Assembly: GCF_001194135.2 (NCBI RefSeq)
Contig: NC_068998.1
Span: forward strand, 43,592,761 to 43,628,510
Reading direction: 5' to 3'
Length of the DNA stretch: 35,750 bases
Origin: Octopus bimaculoides
Taxonomy: Eukaryota
Shown here in pieces: positions 12,070-24,320 of this stretch. Position numbers and translations under genes: made by a program. Under the pieces are notes generated by a model. The model did not search any database. It was not told where the DNA came from and saw nothing but the letters and a program-made list of their open reading frames with translations. Each line of letters opens with the position of its first letter. Position 1 is the stretch's first letter.

Positions 12070-12133
12070 GGCCTTGTGTCTATAGTAGAAACGATATTAG
12101 GGGGTAATTTGTTTCCATGGACAAAATTTCTTG

Positions 12134-12238
12134 TTTAGTCTTATTACATATATTCTTTAGTCTTATTTACATATATTTTAGTCTTATTACATACAGTCTT
12201 ATTACATATATTTTAGTCTTATTACATATATTGTTTAG
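12134..12238. repeat. Minisatellite, about 20-bp unit x5
   Basis: ttagtcttattacatatatt repeated with small indels. Confidence 0.9.
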
Positions 12239-12856
12239 CAAGGCATCATGCATGTGTGTAACTTCATTAGATGTCTACATTGAACCACACTCATTGATTT
12301 TTATTGTTCTCATCTATTTTCTTTACTGTTTCACTTATGTGCTTCTCAATGGTTGTTGACATGCCAAGATGCATGTTTTTTATTGTTTGTTATTAAGTTG
12401 TGAGTGTCAATGATATATTGTTGTTATGGCTATTTATATTTAGTTGAATGTTTCTATAAGAACTCGTATGGTTTTCAATATCATTTTAGGCTTTAAGTTC
12501 CATGCTCTTTGTATCTATTTTTGATTCATTCCAGTGCCTTGGTTGTTTCCTGTTGTAATGGGTTCGGTAGAATTTCCATTGTGTTTTGAGGGTTCAATTA
12601 TTGTGTTTGTTACCATCTCTGTTTTGTTTGTTGTTTCCTTTGAAGAATTATGCATTTGCCACGTTATGGCTTCTGATAAAACTGAATTCCATTGCTTTAC
12701 ATTAGGTTTTCTTTTATTGACTTTTTTTGGTTTTATTTTCAGAGTTTTCTTTTATTTAAATTGTTCTATTTTAATTTTGAGGATCTCGTTATTTATTATA
12801 AATTTCCGTTCATTAACAAGCACATTTGCATTGACATTTATCCCCTCCTCCTCCTC

Positions 12857-12895
<39 letters not shown>

Positions 12896-12939
12896 TCATC
12901 ATAATCATCATCTTTATCGTCATCACCACCATGACCATC

Positions 12940-13172
12940 ATCTTCATCATCATCACTTAACGTCCGTTTTCCATGCTAGCATCTGTTGGATGGTTTGACA
13001 GAAGCTGGCATGCCGGAGAGCTACACCAGACTCCACAGTTTGCTTTGGCATGGTTTCTACAGCTGGATGCCCTTCCTAACACCAACCACTTTACTGAGTA
13101 TGCTGGGTGATATTTTTTTTGTTATATGGTACCAGCACTGGTGCTTTTTACATGGTGCCACCACCAGCAGGC
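12940..13172 (-). mobile_element. Retroposon family A 3' portion
   Basis: (CAT)n-ttaacgtccgttttccatgctagc...ggatgcccttcctaac. Confidence 0.75.
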
Positions 13173-13300
13173 CATTTTCTTCTCTATAACTCATGCTCTA
13201 CTTTCATATGCTGAATATAGTGTTGCCATGCAATATGAATGTAATACTTACTTACAATGTTCCGATAATTCAGTCCAGAATTCAGGTTTTATCTTTTATA

Positions 13301-13719
13301 TACTCTTTAACTTTTTTACTTGTTTCACTCATTTGACTGTGCTCATGCTGGGGCACTGCCTTTAGTCGAGTAAATCGACCCCAGGACTTATTATTTGTAA
13401 GCCTAGTAGTTATTCTATCAGTCTCTTTTGTCAAACTGCTAAATTACAGGGATGTAAACATGCCACTATCGGTTGTCAAGTGATGATAGGGGGGGGACAA
13501 GCACAGACACACAAACATACACACACACATACATATATATATATATACATATTTATGACGGGCTTCTTTCAGTTTCCATCTACCAAATCCATTCACAAGG
13601 CTTTGGTCGGCCCAAGGCTATAGTAGAAGACACTTGCCCAAGGTGCCACGCCGTGGGAATGAACCCGGAACCATGTGGCTGGTAAGCAAGCTACTTACCA
13701 CACAGCCACTCCTGCACCT
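13301..13719 (-). mobile_element. Full-length SINE family B (head, internal TG repeat, 3' module)
   Basis: The minus strand starts aggtgcaggagtggctgtgtggtaag and ends actgaaac/aaaagag-type tail; near-identical to 15494-15848 and 23908-24290. Confidence 0.85.
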
Positions 13720-13799
13720 ATGTATTATTAATTTTTTTTTTTAAATTTTGGATGCTAGAAGTGAAAGAAGGATTTTTTTTTTTTTTTTTTTTTGTTTAG

Positions 13800-14130
13800 A
13801 GTCATTACTCCGACTCACAATCATGAGATAGTGAGTTCGATTCCCGGACCGGGCTGTGTGTTGTGTTCTTGAGCAAGATGCTTTATTTCATGTTGGTCCA
13901 GTTCACTCAGCTGTAGAAATGAGTTGCAACGTTGCAACTGGTGTGACATACTGTACTGGCCCTTTGCCTTTCCCTTGGATAACATCAGTGGCATGGAGAG
14001 GGGAGGCTGGTGTGCATGGGCGACTGCTGGTCTTCCCTAAACAACCTTGCCCAGACTTGCGCCTGGGAGGGTGACCCTCTAGGTGCAATCCGGTGGTCAT
14101 TCATGACCGAAGGAGGGTCTTTAATCCTTT
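13800..14130 (+). mobile_element. tRNA-derived SINE family E (head slightly truncated, tail type G)
   Basis: B box gagttcgattcccgg, then gttgtgttcttgagcaag (CORE-like); the head is shared with 16633-16778. Confidence 0.75.
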
Positions 14131-14817
14131 GTCAGGACACATCTACCAAAGCTTATTTTTCATCACTTTCATATCAGGATCACAATGCTATGAAATACAA
14201 AACTCATCATCTGTCGTGATTCATCCAATAACGCTGTCCTCTATCATCAGCATCATCTTCATCAGCATCATCTTCATCATCATCATCATAATCATCAACA
14301 ACAACAGCTGCAGTAGTTGTAGTTATTATGCTATCTGCAGCTCACTCGAAAAGCAAAATTAATCTCTGTATTTGGCCAGGACATTTGATTTTCAGTGTTA
14401 CTGACACAAATACTGTTCATAAAATTTTTTAGAAGTATACATTGTATGTATAAGCTAATGTAATCTTATGTCTATCTCATAATATGTGTCATATCTGGCA
14501 AATCAGTTTTGGAGATGTATATTAGCGAAACATTTTCTGAATTATATTATATCGCTGGTAATATTTTTTTTTTTTTTTTCATATATAAATAAATATACAT
14601 ATAAATATACATAAAGCGTATTTTCATTTATGGTAAGATCCGGAATCCAAGTAGACTCGTAGACAATTCTATGCTGTTACACCTGCTGTTTTATTTTATA
14701 TATTTCATTCATCGTGTGTTGGTGATTGGTTCTCTGTATGAGTCCCCACACTCACCTCATTCCTAAATGTATATGAGTGTGTGAGTGCATGTGTATGCGT
14801 ATGTGTGTGTGAATAAC

Positions 14818-14975
14818 TGTGCAACATCATCAGCATCATCGTCATTGTCATCACCATCAGCATCATCATCATAGTTGTCATCATCATCAGCGACATCATT
14901 GTCATCATCATCATCATCATTGTCATTGTTGTCATAATCGTCATCATTGTCATCATCATCATCATTGTCATCATT
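14818..14975. repeat. Degenerate (CAT)n microsatellite
   Basis: Directly visible; source of the His/Met-rich spurious ORFs. Confidence 0.9.
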
Positions 14976-15304
14976 TTACATTTTGCCTTTCTATGTTGAC
15001 TTGGGTCCTATGAGTCTCCTCATGTATTTTTTTTTACAATTATCACCAATCATTACAACAAACGAGGATGCAACATATCTTCTCTAAAAAGCAAAATACG
15101 CATGAAAAGATGTGCATATGACAGTGCACATATATTTATCATTCATTCGTCTGTTTTTCATCCATTTTTCCATTGCTAGCGTGGGTTAGATGAATATATT
15201 ATTGAGACGACTTTCTTGTCACCAATCCTCACAGTTTTCCTAGTTAGGAATCTTTTCTTGTTTCCACACATCTTCAGAGGCCCAAACTAAACTTATTATT
15301 TTCT

Positions 15305-15848
15305 GGCACTTCATTGGTTAGAGTGACAGGGATTCCAGTCTCAGCCGATCAACAGAAAAGCCTGCCTGTGAAATAAAGATGCAAGCTGCTGAGCACTCCA
15401 CAGACAAGTGTACCCATCATGTAGTTCTCAGGGAAATTCATCATGGCACAGAGTGTAACGGGGCTGGTCGTTTGAAATACAGGTGCTACTCATCGCCTTT
15501 AGTCGAGCAAATCGACCCCAGGACTTATTCTTTGTAAGCCTAGTACTTATTCATTCTATCAGTATCTTTTGCCAAACCACTAAGTTACAGGGACATAAAC
15601 ACACCAGCATCGGTTGTCAAGCGATGTTAGGGGGGGCAAACACAGACACACAAACACACATATATATATACATATACACATATACAACGGGGTTCTTTTG
15701 GTTTCTGTCTACCAAATCCACTCACAAGGCTTTGCTCAGCCTAAGGCTACAGTAGAATACACTTGCCCAAGATGCCACGCAGTGGGACTGAACCTGGAAC
15801 CATGTGGTTGGTAAGCAAGCTACTTACCACACAGCCACTCCTGCACCT
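15305..15848 (-). mobile_element. Composite SINE: family B head and body (15494-15848) plus family F tail (15305-15491)
   Basis: 15494-15848 matches 13340-13719; 15305-15491 matches 31234-31410 (gctgagcactccacagaca...gtacc...gtagttctc). Confidence 0.7.
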
Positions 15849-16454
15849 ATTATTGCAAATTTAAGGTGTCAACATTCTGGATGAGTACCAGTTGAACACT
15901 GGAGTCGATGTAATCGACCCTCTTCTGAAATCACTGGCTTTGTGCTAAAATTTAAACCAATAATCTCATCAACATTAAATCTATTCTCATAGATGATATT
16001 TATAAATTTACCGTAAGATAACATTTGTAAGTGTAACCACCACTGTGTTGGTGTTGTTGAGTGTTAAACATTAGATTGCAAACTTTATTAAAGCTAATGG
16101 AACTGTTATCAACATACTGATCTCCTTTATCCTCTTGCATCTCTTTCTTCCTCATCAGCGGTAAATTTAGTTGCCATCAGACCAGATCCAAACGAGACTT
16201 GCTCTTATATGTCATTCACCAAATTTCCTTCACCTTTATGAATTTCTCATAAAAATAATATTATTGAACATGATTTCATCCATGTCTTGCCTGAGAACTG
16301 GGAAGTAAAGATCTCTGTTTATGGGCTTCAGACATTTCTCATTTCCTGAATCAAATGTTAGCTCACAAACTGATTAAAAGGACTGTTCAAATCACTAACC
16401 AATTCATGATTATCAATGAATGAATGAATTAAGTATATATATATGAATATATAT

Positions 16455-16778
16455 ATCCTCATCATCATCATCCCTATTTAATGTCCATTTTATATGCTGG
16501 CATGAGTTGGAAGGTCTGACAGAAGCTGGCGATTCAGAGAGCTGAACCAAGTTCCAGTTTTCAGTTTTGGCATGGTTTCTATGGCTGAACACTCTTCCTA
16601 ATGCCAGCCACTTTATGGAGAGCACTGGGTGCAACTCATTTCTACAGCTAAGTGAAATGGAGCAACGTGAAATAAAGTGTCTTGCTCAAGAACACAACAC
16701 GCAGCCCATTCCAGGATTCGAACTCACAACCTCACGATCATAAGCTCAACGATTTAACCACTGAGCCATGTGCCTTCA
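16455..16778 (-). mobile_element. Composite SINE: family E tRNA head plus family A (GAT)n tail
   Basis: The minus strand reads ggcacatggctcagtggttaa (A box)...gagttcgaatcc (B box)...cttgagcaagacac..., then continues into the family A 3' end with (GAT)n. Confidence 0.75.
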
Positions 16779-16914
16779 CACATACATACACACCATATAN
16801 NNNNNNNNNNNNNNNNNNNNNNNNNNNNNNNNNNNNNNNNNNNNNNNNNNNNNNNNNNNTATATATATATTCATGCATGTAGTAAAATAATACAAAGTGC
16901 TGAAAATAATTGTG

Positions 16915-17240
16915 TCCAAGAAGAAAAACAAGAGAGGGAGAGGAAGTGGAGGATGAGGAAGGTGAGGGAAGGAAAGAGGGAGAGGAAGTAGATGAAGATG
17001 AGGAGGCTGAGGAAGGAGAGGAAGATGAAGATGAGGGAGAGGATAAAGATGATGATGAGGAGGAAGAGGAAAAAGAATATGGTATGGGAGAGGAGGAGGA
17101 GGAAGAAGATGAAGGAGAGGAAGAGAAAGAAGAATGAGGGAGACCAGGGGATGAGGATGAAGATGAGGGGGTTGAAAAAGAGAAGGAGCATGAAGATCAG
17201 GAGGAAGAGGATGAGGTGAGAAGAGGAGGATGAGGAAGAG
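16915..17240. repeat. Purine-rich (GAG/GAA/GAT) low-complexity tract
   Basis: Almost pyrimidine-free plus strand; source of the poly-E/D and poly-K/R spurious ORFs. Confidence 0.85.
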
Positions 17241-18917
17241 ACAGTGGTGGCAGTGGTGATGATGGTGATGTTGGATTTTTAAGCTAGCCCACCCACCTAC
17301 ATTAGAATGAAACAAAATTTCACTTTGCTGTTCTACCGACATTGTGAGTAAAAAAGAAAGAAAGAAACTCCTTTATCTTCCCAACTTCCAAAAAATCAAA
17401 AGGACAAAAAAGATATTTCATCTCAGAAAGTAGGATACAGAATGAAAATAAATAAACAAATGTTGCAGACAAAAGTGTGTTGTTACTACTTCAAAATGTT
17501 TTATAATTAACTTGCTAAATTATATATTTTTTATATCCATATTTTTTTTTGTTTCTAATCATAAAAAAAAAACAGAAAGAATTTTTATTATTAATTCTGT
17601 ATTTTATTATTCTTAATATTATATTTTAATGATTATTAATACTACTATTAGCAAAAACAATACAACATTTATAAAAGATTAAAAAAATTATAGCTATTAT
17701 TATTTATCTTTCCCTCCATTATTTTTCTTAGTTCACGGAAAGGTCAGACCGTTAATAGAATGATAAAGAGGTTAATTTATGGTATGTAAGCTTAGTAGTC
17801 ACTGTTTAGCATGTATGTGTGTATATAAGATATATATATATATATATACATAAAAGGTTGTGTGTCAAGTGTCTTGGGAGAAGGGGTTTTGTTAGTTTTC
17901 CTCTTTCTGTCAATACACACTAATGCCACATTCTAAAGTGTCACAGTTCTATCAAAAATATCTCAATCAGAAACAATAGATTTGGAGCTTTCTAATATCA
18001 GCTATTAAGTTTCTGATTATAGATATGAGTGGTTAATGAGAAATTAATATATATTGACAATCCCACACTCCCAATAAGAGTTAGGAAAAGAATAATCTGG
18101 CTTAATTCTCCATTTAATCTACATATGTGGGAATTTTGTCCTTAATTACATAACACTTCCAAAACACAAGCATGTACCATAAACTTTAAATACACATAAC
18201 GTGAATGTCAGTTACACATACCTAGACAATAATACCAACAATTTCATATGCTACAACAGAAGAAGATGTACACCTACACCCCATACATCCATTTGTGACT
18301 GCCAGAATCAAACTACATTTCAAATGAGACTTTGAGAGCATCGTTGCTTCAGGAAAGCAATGTTCAATAGGACATCTCTAACCCTTATCTGATGGTATAC
18401 TCAAGCACTACGTAGCATTTACTGCAATAACTTAAAAAGGAAATTGACTGAACTCATGTACTCCATTGTGTCTAGGGACCGGGAAGAGACATTTTCCCTA
18501 TCCCATTTTACTTAGACTCCAAGGCCTAGAAATTGCACAAACCAGTATAATATGGAGCATTCATACATACATACATACATACAGTATAATATGGAGCATT
18601 CATGGCAAGAACCATCCCTTTTGGGCCAGCCACATCTGTCATTGATGTCTCTGTGAGAAACTCTACATATGAAAACAGCCAGTTAAATCCTTTAACCCCT
18701 TTGTTACCATATTTCTGTTGAAATATGTTACCATTGTTTCAATCAATTTTGAAAATAAAGAAGAATTTGGTAAAACAACTTTGATGTTATTAAGCACCTA
18801 TATACATGCATACACACACACACACACACATACACACACACCCATGTATATATATTTATTTATGTATGTATGTATGTATGTATGTATGTGACTGAAACAA
18901 GTAGAAAATAAAAGAGA

Positions 18918-18950
<33 letters not shown>

Positions 18951-19290
18951 CACACACACTCATATATGCACAGATACATAAGAGACAGAAAGAGTATGAT
19001 AAATACATTGTCCCTTTAAATTAGCATATATTTATATCTTGCATAATCCACGTCAATTTGTTTGTATTACGACGGTGTGTGTTGTCATTATCATCCTTTT
19101 TGTTATTATTTATCGAAGTCTTTCATCATTCATTTATGATCTGGTCACTTCTGATCCATTGCCTATTGAAATATTTTATTGATTTTATTGACATTTTGTT
19201 GATATTTTTGTTTGATTTCAAGCTTGGATTATAAGTGTCTCTTTCAAACTATCTTGTAATACAACCAATAATGATGATGAGGACAAAGAA

Positions 19291-19333
<43 letters not shown>

Positions 19334-20544
19334 GCAGCAGCGACAATAACAACAACGATAATAATAAAGTTTTATTAATATCTAATTTCAAAGTAAAATT
19401 CAGACTGAAATAGAAAGTCAAGTCTTGAATGAAAATTTCTGGCCCATTATTTTAATGGCTAATGGAGTTGCTTTATCCCAGTAAGCATACAGGAACTAAG
19501 ACAGTGATTGGGGTATATCTTTTGACTACGATACTTGTAGATCAAGTTTAGTCTCGGTCAAATCAATATCTTTTGTTTGGTAAACAACCGCTACTATATA
19601 AGGCTAAGTATAGATTGATCTGAAAAGAGTTAAGTATATTGGTCAGTGACATGAAAGACTACTGATATAGTGTCAGTGAGGTGATGATAGCTATAAAGTC
19701 AACACTTCTATGGTTTTAAACCCTAAATGTAGTTAAATGGATCAAAGTTAATCAATAATGCAATGTTCTATTTAGCTCAGTACTCTATCAGCTGGATCAT
19801 TATATCACACTCTTTGCCCAGAAGTTTTCGTAATTCATCACCGAATGAGGTCCTAGAATCTTGTCTGGACTTAACTCTCTCTCTTTTACCTGGTCATGAA
19901 CCATGTCCTTTTTACTGCACTTACATTATAAAGGAGCGTATCTAGTTTTCTAGGGTCACTGTTCATTTTGATCCTTTGTTGCATTTGTGGAATAAGAATC
20001 AAATTTCCGTCGGAAGGGACACCCATATTGAAGGGTAAATTTCCCATGTCAGAATTCAAACTCAGTAACACAAGATAGCAAATTTCTATAATTTTGTGTT
20101 TTGGGGGATGGTTTTTGTTAAGAAAATTGCAGTATACTGCTCACAGTTGAGAATTAAATCCCATCTAATGATACTTTTATAAGAAGCCACTGATGAATCT
20201 TGTGCATGGTCAATCATTTTGCTAGAAATAGTTGCCTAGTACCTTTTTGAAATCACATTTTATCAATGCAGGAACTTATTAAATAATGTAGTCAAGTATC
20301 CAGTGCTATGTTATCTTTGCCATACTATCATTTCTGAAATGATAAGATGTTATGGTCATATCTAGAATTCTTTGTTCCTAGTTTTACTTCATTCCTGCTA
20401 TTCTGGTATTAAACATTATCTACAACACAGACCTATGTGTGACCTACATTGTTGAGCATTTGGTGTATTGGCCAATGATCCAATGACATTCTGAAAGAAA
20501 CAAGATTTGAACTTCTAAGATATCTCCTAGTAACCAGATAGACT

Positions 20545-21368
20545 GTATGAGGAGATGCTTGAGTTTGTTCAAAAGGTTTGTAGCATGGTCTTTCCTCTTG
20601 TCCTTGATGGCTTGGGACAAAAAGTGACCTTTTCTCATCCTGAATGAGGAATACTGAATGTCTTCATGCACTACCCACCTGATAAGAAACTCAGACACTC
20701 CTATGTCCCTGGCGATGGACCTGATTGACTTGGAGGGATCGTTGTCAATCATGGCCTGGATCTCACCAACAAATTCTGGAATTCTTTTCTTATCAGAACG
20801 ATCAGAGTGACCTTTCTAAGCTGCCATACCTTCGTAATCACCATTAGACTCATCCAACTCTTTCCAAATCCTCTGCACTGTCCTCAAATTGACACCCAAA
20901 CACTCTGAAATGTTCATATTGGACCTTTCAGCACAAATGCCAAGCAGTATAGCATGTAATTTCCAAATTTCTTATTTCTTTACTGCCCACAAGGGGCTAC
21001 ATACAGAGGGGACAAACAAGGACAGACAAATGGATTAAGTCGATTATATTGACCCCAGTGCATAACTGGTACTTATTTAATTGACCCCGGAACGGATGAA
21101 AGGCAAAGTCGACCTCGGTGGGATTTGAACTCAGAACGTAGCAGCAGACAAAATACCGCTAAACATTTTGCCTGGCGTGCTAATGTTTCTGCCAGTTCGC
21201 CACCTTTCTAAATTTCTGGCAGAGTTAATTGCATCATGGTGTTGTTTTTCTCACAGACAGTGCCCAACTGACCCTACTATACTGTGTAGTTGACAAAATC
21301 AAAAACAAATAATGTACATGCATAAGATTAAAAATATAAAATGGTGACAATTTACCCATCACTCCCTC
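20545..21368 (-). pseudogene. Tc1/mariner transposase N-terminal remnant (maT/DD37D-like by recall) with left TIR, split by a SINE
   Basis: Removing the SINE and one TSD restores the frame MMQLTLPEIWKLHAILLGICAERSNMNISECLGVNLRTVQRIWKELD...*...IDNDPSKSIRSIARDIGVSEFLIRWVVHEDIQYSSFRMRK (two HTH-like motifs). TIR-like end aaatggtgacaatttacccatcactccctc followed by TA at 21369-21370. The catalytic domain and second TIR were not found. Confidence 0.75.
20973..21209 (-). mobile_element. SINE family C (alternative tail) with 8-bp TSD
   Basis: TSD aaatttct at 20965-20972 and 21210-21217; the tail tatttctttactgcccacaagggg differs from that of the 5793 copy. Confidence 0.85.
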
Positions 21369-22059
21369 TACATGCATACATACATACATAAATATATACA
21401 CATATATATATGATTTTAGTGATTTACTTTAACACCCCCATGTTCATTACTCAAGGGAAGAAAGCAAAACTTTATGCTATCGACTGAATGATTTTAATAC
21501 AAACTTGGTATGTTCTCAGATGAAGACTAACTGTTGCATTTATTTAGCTAGTGTTCTTCCCACCTCATTACTATGACTGAACGAATCTAAAGTAATTGCT
21601 TAACGAAAATGTAGTAACAGACAGAGAGAGAGAGACAGTGATTTATTCATTATCAGATACCAACTGATACCAACTCTCCAAACAACAGTCTGAGAATATC
21701 TTTCTGTCAATCAATCAATCAGTAAAGGAATTATCAAGCACAAACTATAACTTTTGCTTTAATTTTGCCTCTTGTCATTGTAAATCTAGGAAAGCAAATA
21801 TTTGGAACGTTCCCCTATGATTGTCTCCAGGATATTCACATCTCCCAGAAATTCACATTTGCTTGAAAACTCTATAAAAATTTTTCTGGTAATAAACTTC
21901 GAAGTTTGGCACAACAAAGTCACATGATAAGTCATCGATATTACTGCGTTTCAGTGTAAATCTCAAGGGAAAACATTAGATGTACTTTTGATTGATGGCA
22001 TTTCATTATCACATGAGAAAAAGATTCTGTTATAATACCATATCTATAAATAATAATTC

Positions 22060-22445
22060 CTTCTACTGGAATAACGGACAGCCAGTTTGCAAGCAATAGT
22101 TAACTCTATTTAATCACCAGTACTTATTTTTATCAACTCGAGGGGCTTAAAAGCTAATGTCGACTGAAACAGGATTTTAACTTAGAATATAATTGGATAA
22201 AACTAAATAATATTTGGTATTTAGTCCGATATTCTATTGATTCTGTCATGGTACTATACTGTGATGCAAATAATAATAATGGTTTCTGATTTCGGCACAG
22301 AGATAGCCATATCTATCAGGGAGAAATGATTGATACCATCAACCATGGTACATTCAAAGTTTGCCTTAGCAGAATTTGACTTCAGAAGGAATACAGGAAG
22401 GCATTTCAACAGACAATCTTACAATTTGGTCCATCCCCCACCATT
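22060..22445 (-). mobile_element. Two heavily diverged family C-like SINE relics
   Basis: accagtacttatttttatcaac...gtcgac...ttttaacttagaa and tttctgatttcggcaca...gaatttgacttcaga. Confidence 0.45.
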
Positions 22446-22448
22446 TTC

Positions 22449-22466
22449 ATAATAATAATAATAATA

Positions 22467-22510
<44 letters not shown>
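22449..22510. repeat. (AAT)n(ATT)n microsatellite
   Basis: Directly visible; palindromic about 22467/22468. Confidence 0.95.
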
Positions 22511-22517
<7 letters not shown>

Positions 22518-22812
22518 CCTTTTGAGTAGGATGGGCTACTCAGCGTGAAGAAAATTATTTTTGTTACTTTGAAACTGCGAACTGTTCGCTGACAAAACTT
22601 TGCGATGCAGCATGGAATTTTGTCAGTGAGCAGGTCACGGTTTCAAAGTGACAAAAATATTTTGACACAAACTAAATTTAAATGCTGAAGTGAATCTAAT
22701 TTTTTTTTGTGTGTTCTTAAATGGCTTATAAACATCTTCCACGCTGCAATTGTTTTTGTTTCAGCATATGATCTGAGATCAAGTCACATGCTATGCAAGT
22801 ACATCTCCGTAA
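22511..22812. mobile_element. Unclassified non-autonomous element with a 100-nt internal hairpin
   Basis: GC-richer island between AT microsatellites; 40-bp inverted repeat 22558-22597/22618-22657 and a 7-bp terminal hairpin 22523-22542. Confidence 0.5.
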
Positions 22813-23032
22813 TATTATTTATTAATAATAATGAAAATTTATAATGATAAATCACATTGGCACAAAGCCACAATTAGTGTTTGAAATATTTTGTCTGCCA
22901 TTCTGCCAATTCTGCCTAACTTTTAATTAGGGTAATAATAGTAATTAATAATTATTAATATCATTATCATTAAAATATATGCATATAATGTTACATTGTA
23001 TTTTGTTTATGTTTGTCTTTATATTTTATATC

Positions 23033-23368
23033 AGGCATGGCAGTGTGGTAAGAAAATTGCTTCCCAATCACATGGTTTGTGGTTCAGTTCCCTTGCATTG
23101 CACTTTGGTCTCTTTTGTCAAACTGCTAAGTTACAGGAATGCAAACACATCAACATCAGTTGTAAAACGGAACTGGGGTATACATATAGACAAAAAGACA
23201 AACATACATAGAAACACACACACACAAACACACATATTCTCACAATGGGCTTTTTTCAGTTTCTGTTTATCAAATCCACTCATTGGGCATGATGCCACAC
23301 AGTAGGACTGAACCTGGAACCATGTGGCTGGGAAGTAAACTTCTTACCCTGCAGTCATGTCTCCACCT
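23033..23368. mobile_element. SINE family B copy (minus, 23107-23368) with an inverted second head (plus, 23033-23108)
   Basis: Both ends carry the B head in opposite orientations. Confidence 0.7.
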
Positions 23369-23723
23369 ACATATGTTTTCAGTTTTGTCACCAATGTTTA
23401 CATCCTTTGCCTATATGCACCAGCAAAAAATATATACACACATACACATCCTCCAAAATTCTACTTCTTTCTAAATATTTTGATGTTAAATATTTATGCT
23501 GACCTCTTGACATTATCGATCATGATAACAGTAAGGCTGCACGAGGTTAGAAATAATAACATAGTATATGTACATGCATACATACAAACACATATGTATA
23601 TATGTATATATATATATATACATACGCACAGACACACATATATATATATATAGATATTTATATATATGTATATATGTATGCAAGTATGTATGTCTTTATG
23701 TATGCATATATAAATAATTATAA

Positions 23724-23760
<37 letters not shown>

Positions 23761-23907
23761 NNNNNNNNNNNNNNNNNNNNNNNNNNNNNNNNNNNNNNNN
23801 NNNNNNNNNNNNNNNNNNNNNNNNNNNNNNNNNNNNNNNNNNNNNNNNNNNNNNNNNNNNNNNNNNNNNNNNNNNNNNNNNNNNNNNNNNNNNNNNNTAT
23901 ATATTGT

Positions 23908-24288
23908 TTTACTCTCCTATTTATTTCAGTCATTTGAGTGTGGCTATGCTGGAGCACCACCTTTAGTCAAGCAAATCGACCTCAAGACTTATTCTTTGTA
24001 AGCCTAGTACTTATTCTATTGGTACCTTTTGCCTAACTCTAAGTTATGGGGACATAAACACACCACCATCAGTTGTCAAGCGATGGTGGCGGTACAAACA
24101 CAGACACACATACACACATACATACATACATACATATACACACACATGATAGGCTTCTTTCAGTTTCCGTCTACCAAATCCACTCACAAGGCTATAGTAG
24201 AAGATACTTGCCCAAGGTGCCGTGTAATGGGACTGCACCCATAACCATGTGGTTAGTAAGCAAGCTATTCACCACACAGCTACTCCTA

Positions 24289-24290
<2 letters not shown>
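23908..24290 (-). mobile_element. Near full-length SINE family B
   Basis: Collinear with 13301-13719. Confidence 0.85.

Positions 24291-24320
<30 letters not shown>

Noticed and set aside
12134-12238. CRISPR-like array
   Set aside because: The units are contiguous with no unique spacers; eukaryotic minisatellite.
16910-17219. Acidic poly-E/D and K/R-rich ORFs
   Set aside because: All frames are low complexity from a GAG/GAA/GAT tract; no splice or domain evidence.
19880-20085. Possible minus-strand exon (…LDTLLYN|GTAAGT)
   Set aside because: Weak acceptor and no recognisable homology; needs RNA-seq.
21830-21975. Short minus-strand open frame RFTLKRSNIDDLSCDFVVPNFEVYYQKNFYRVFKQM
   Set aside because: About 40 aa with marginal splice signals and no recognised family.
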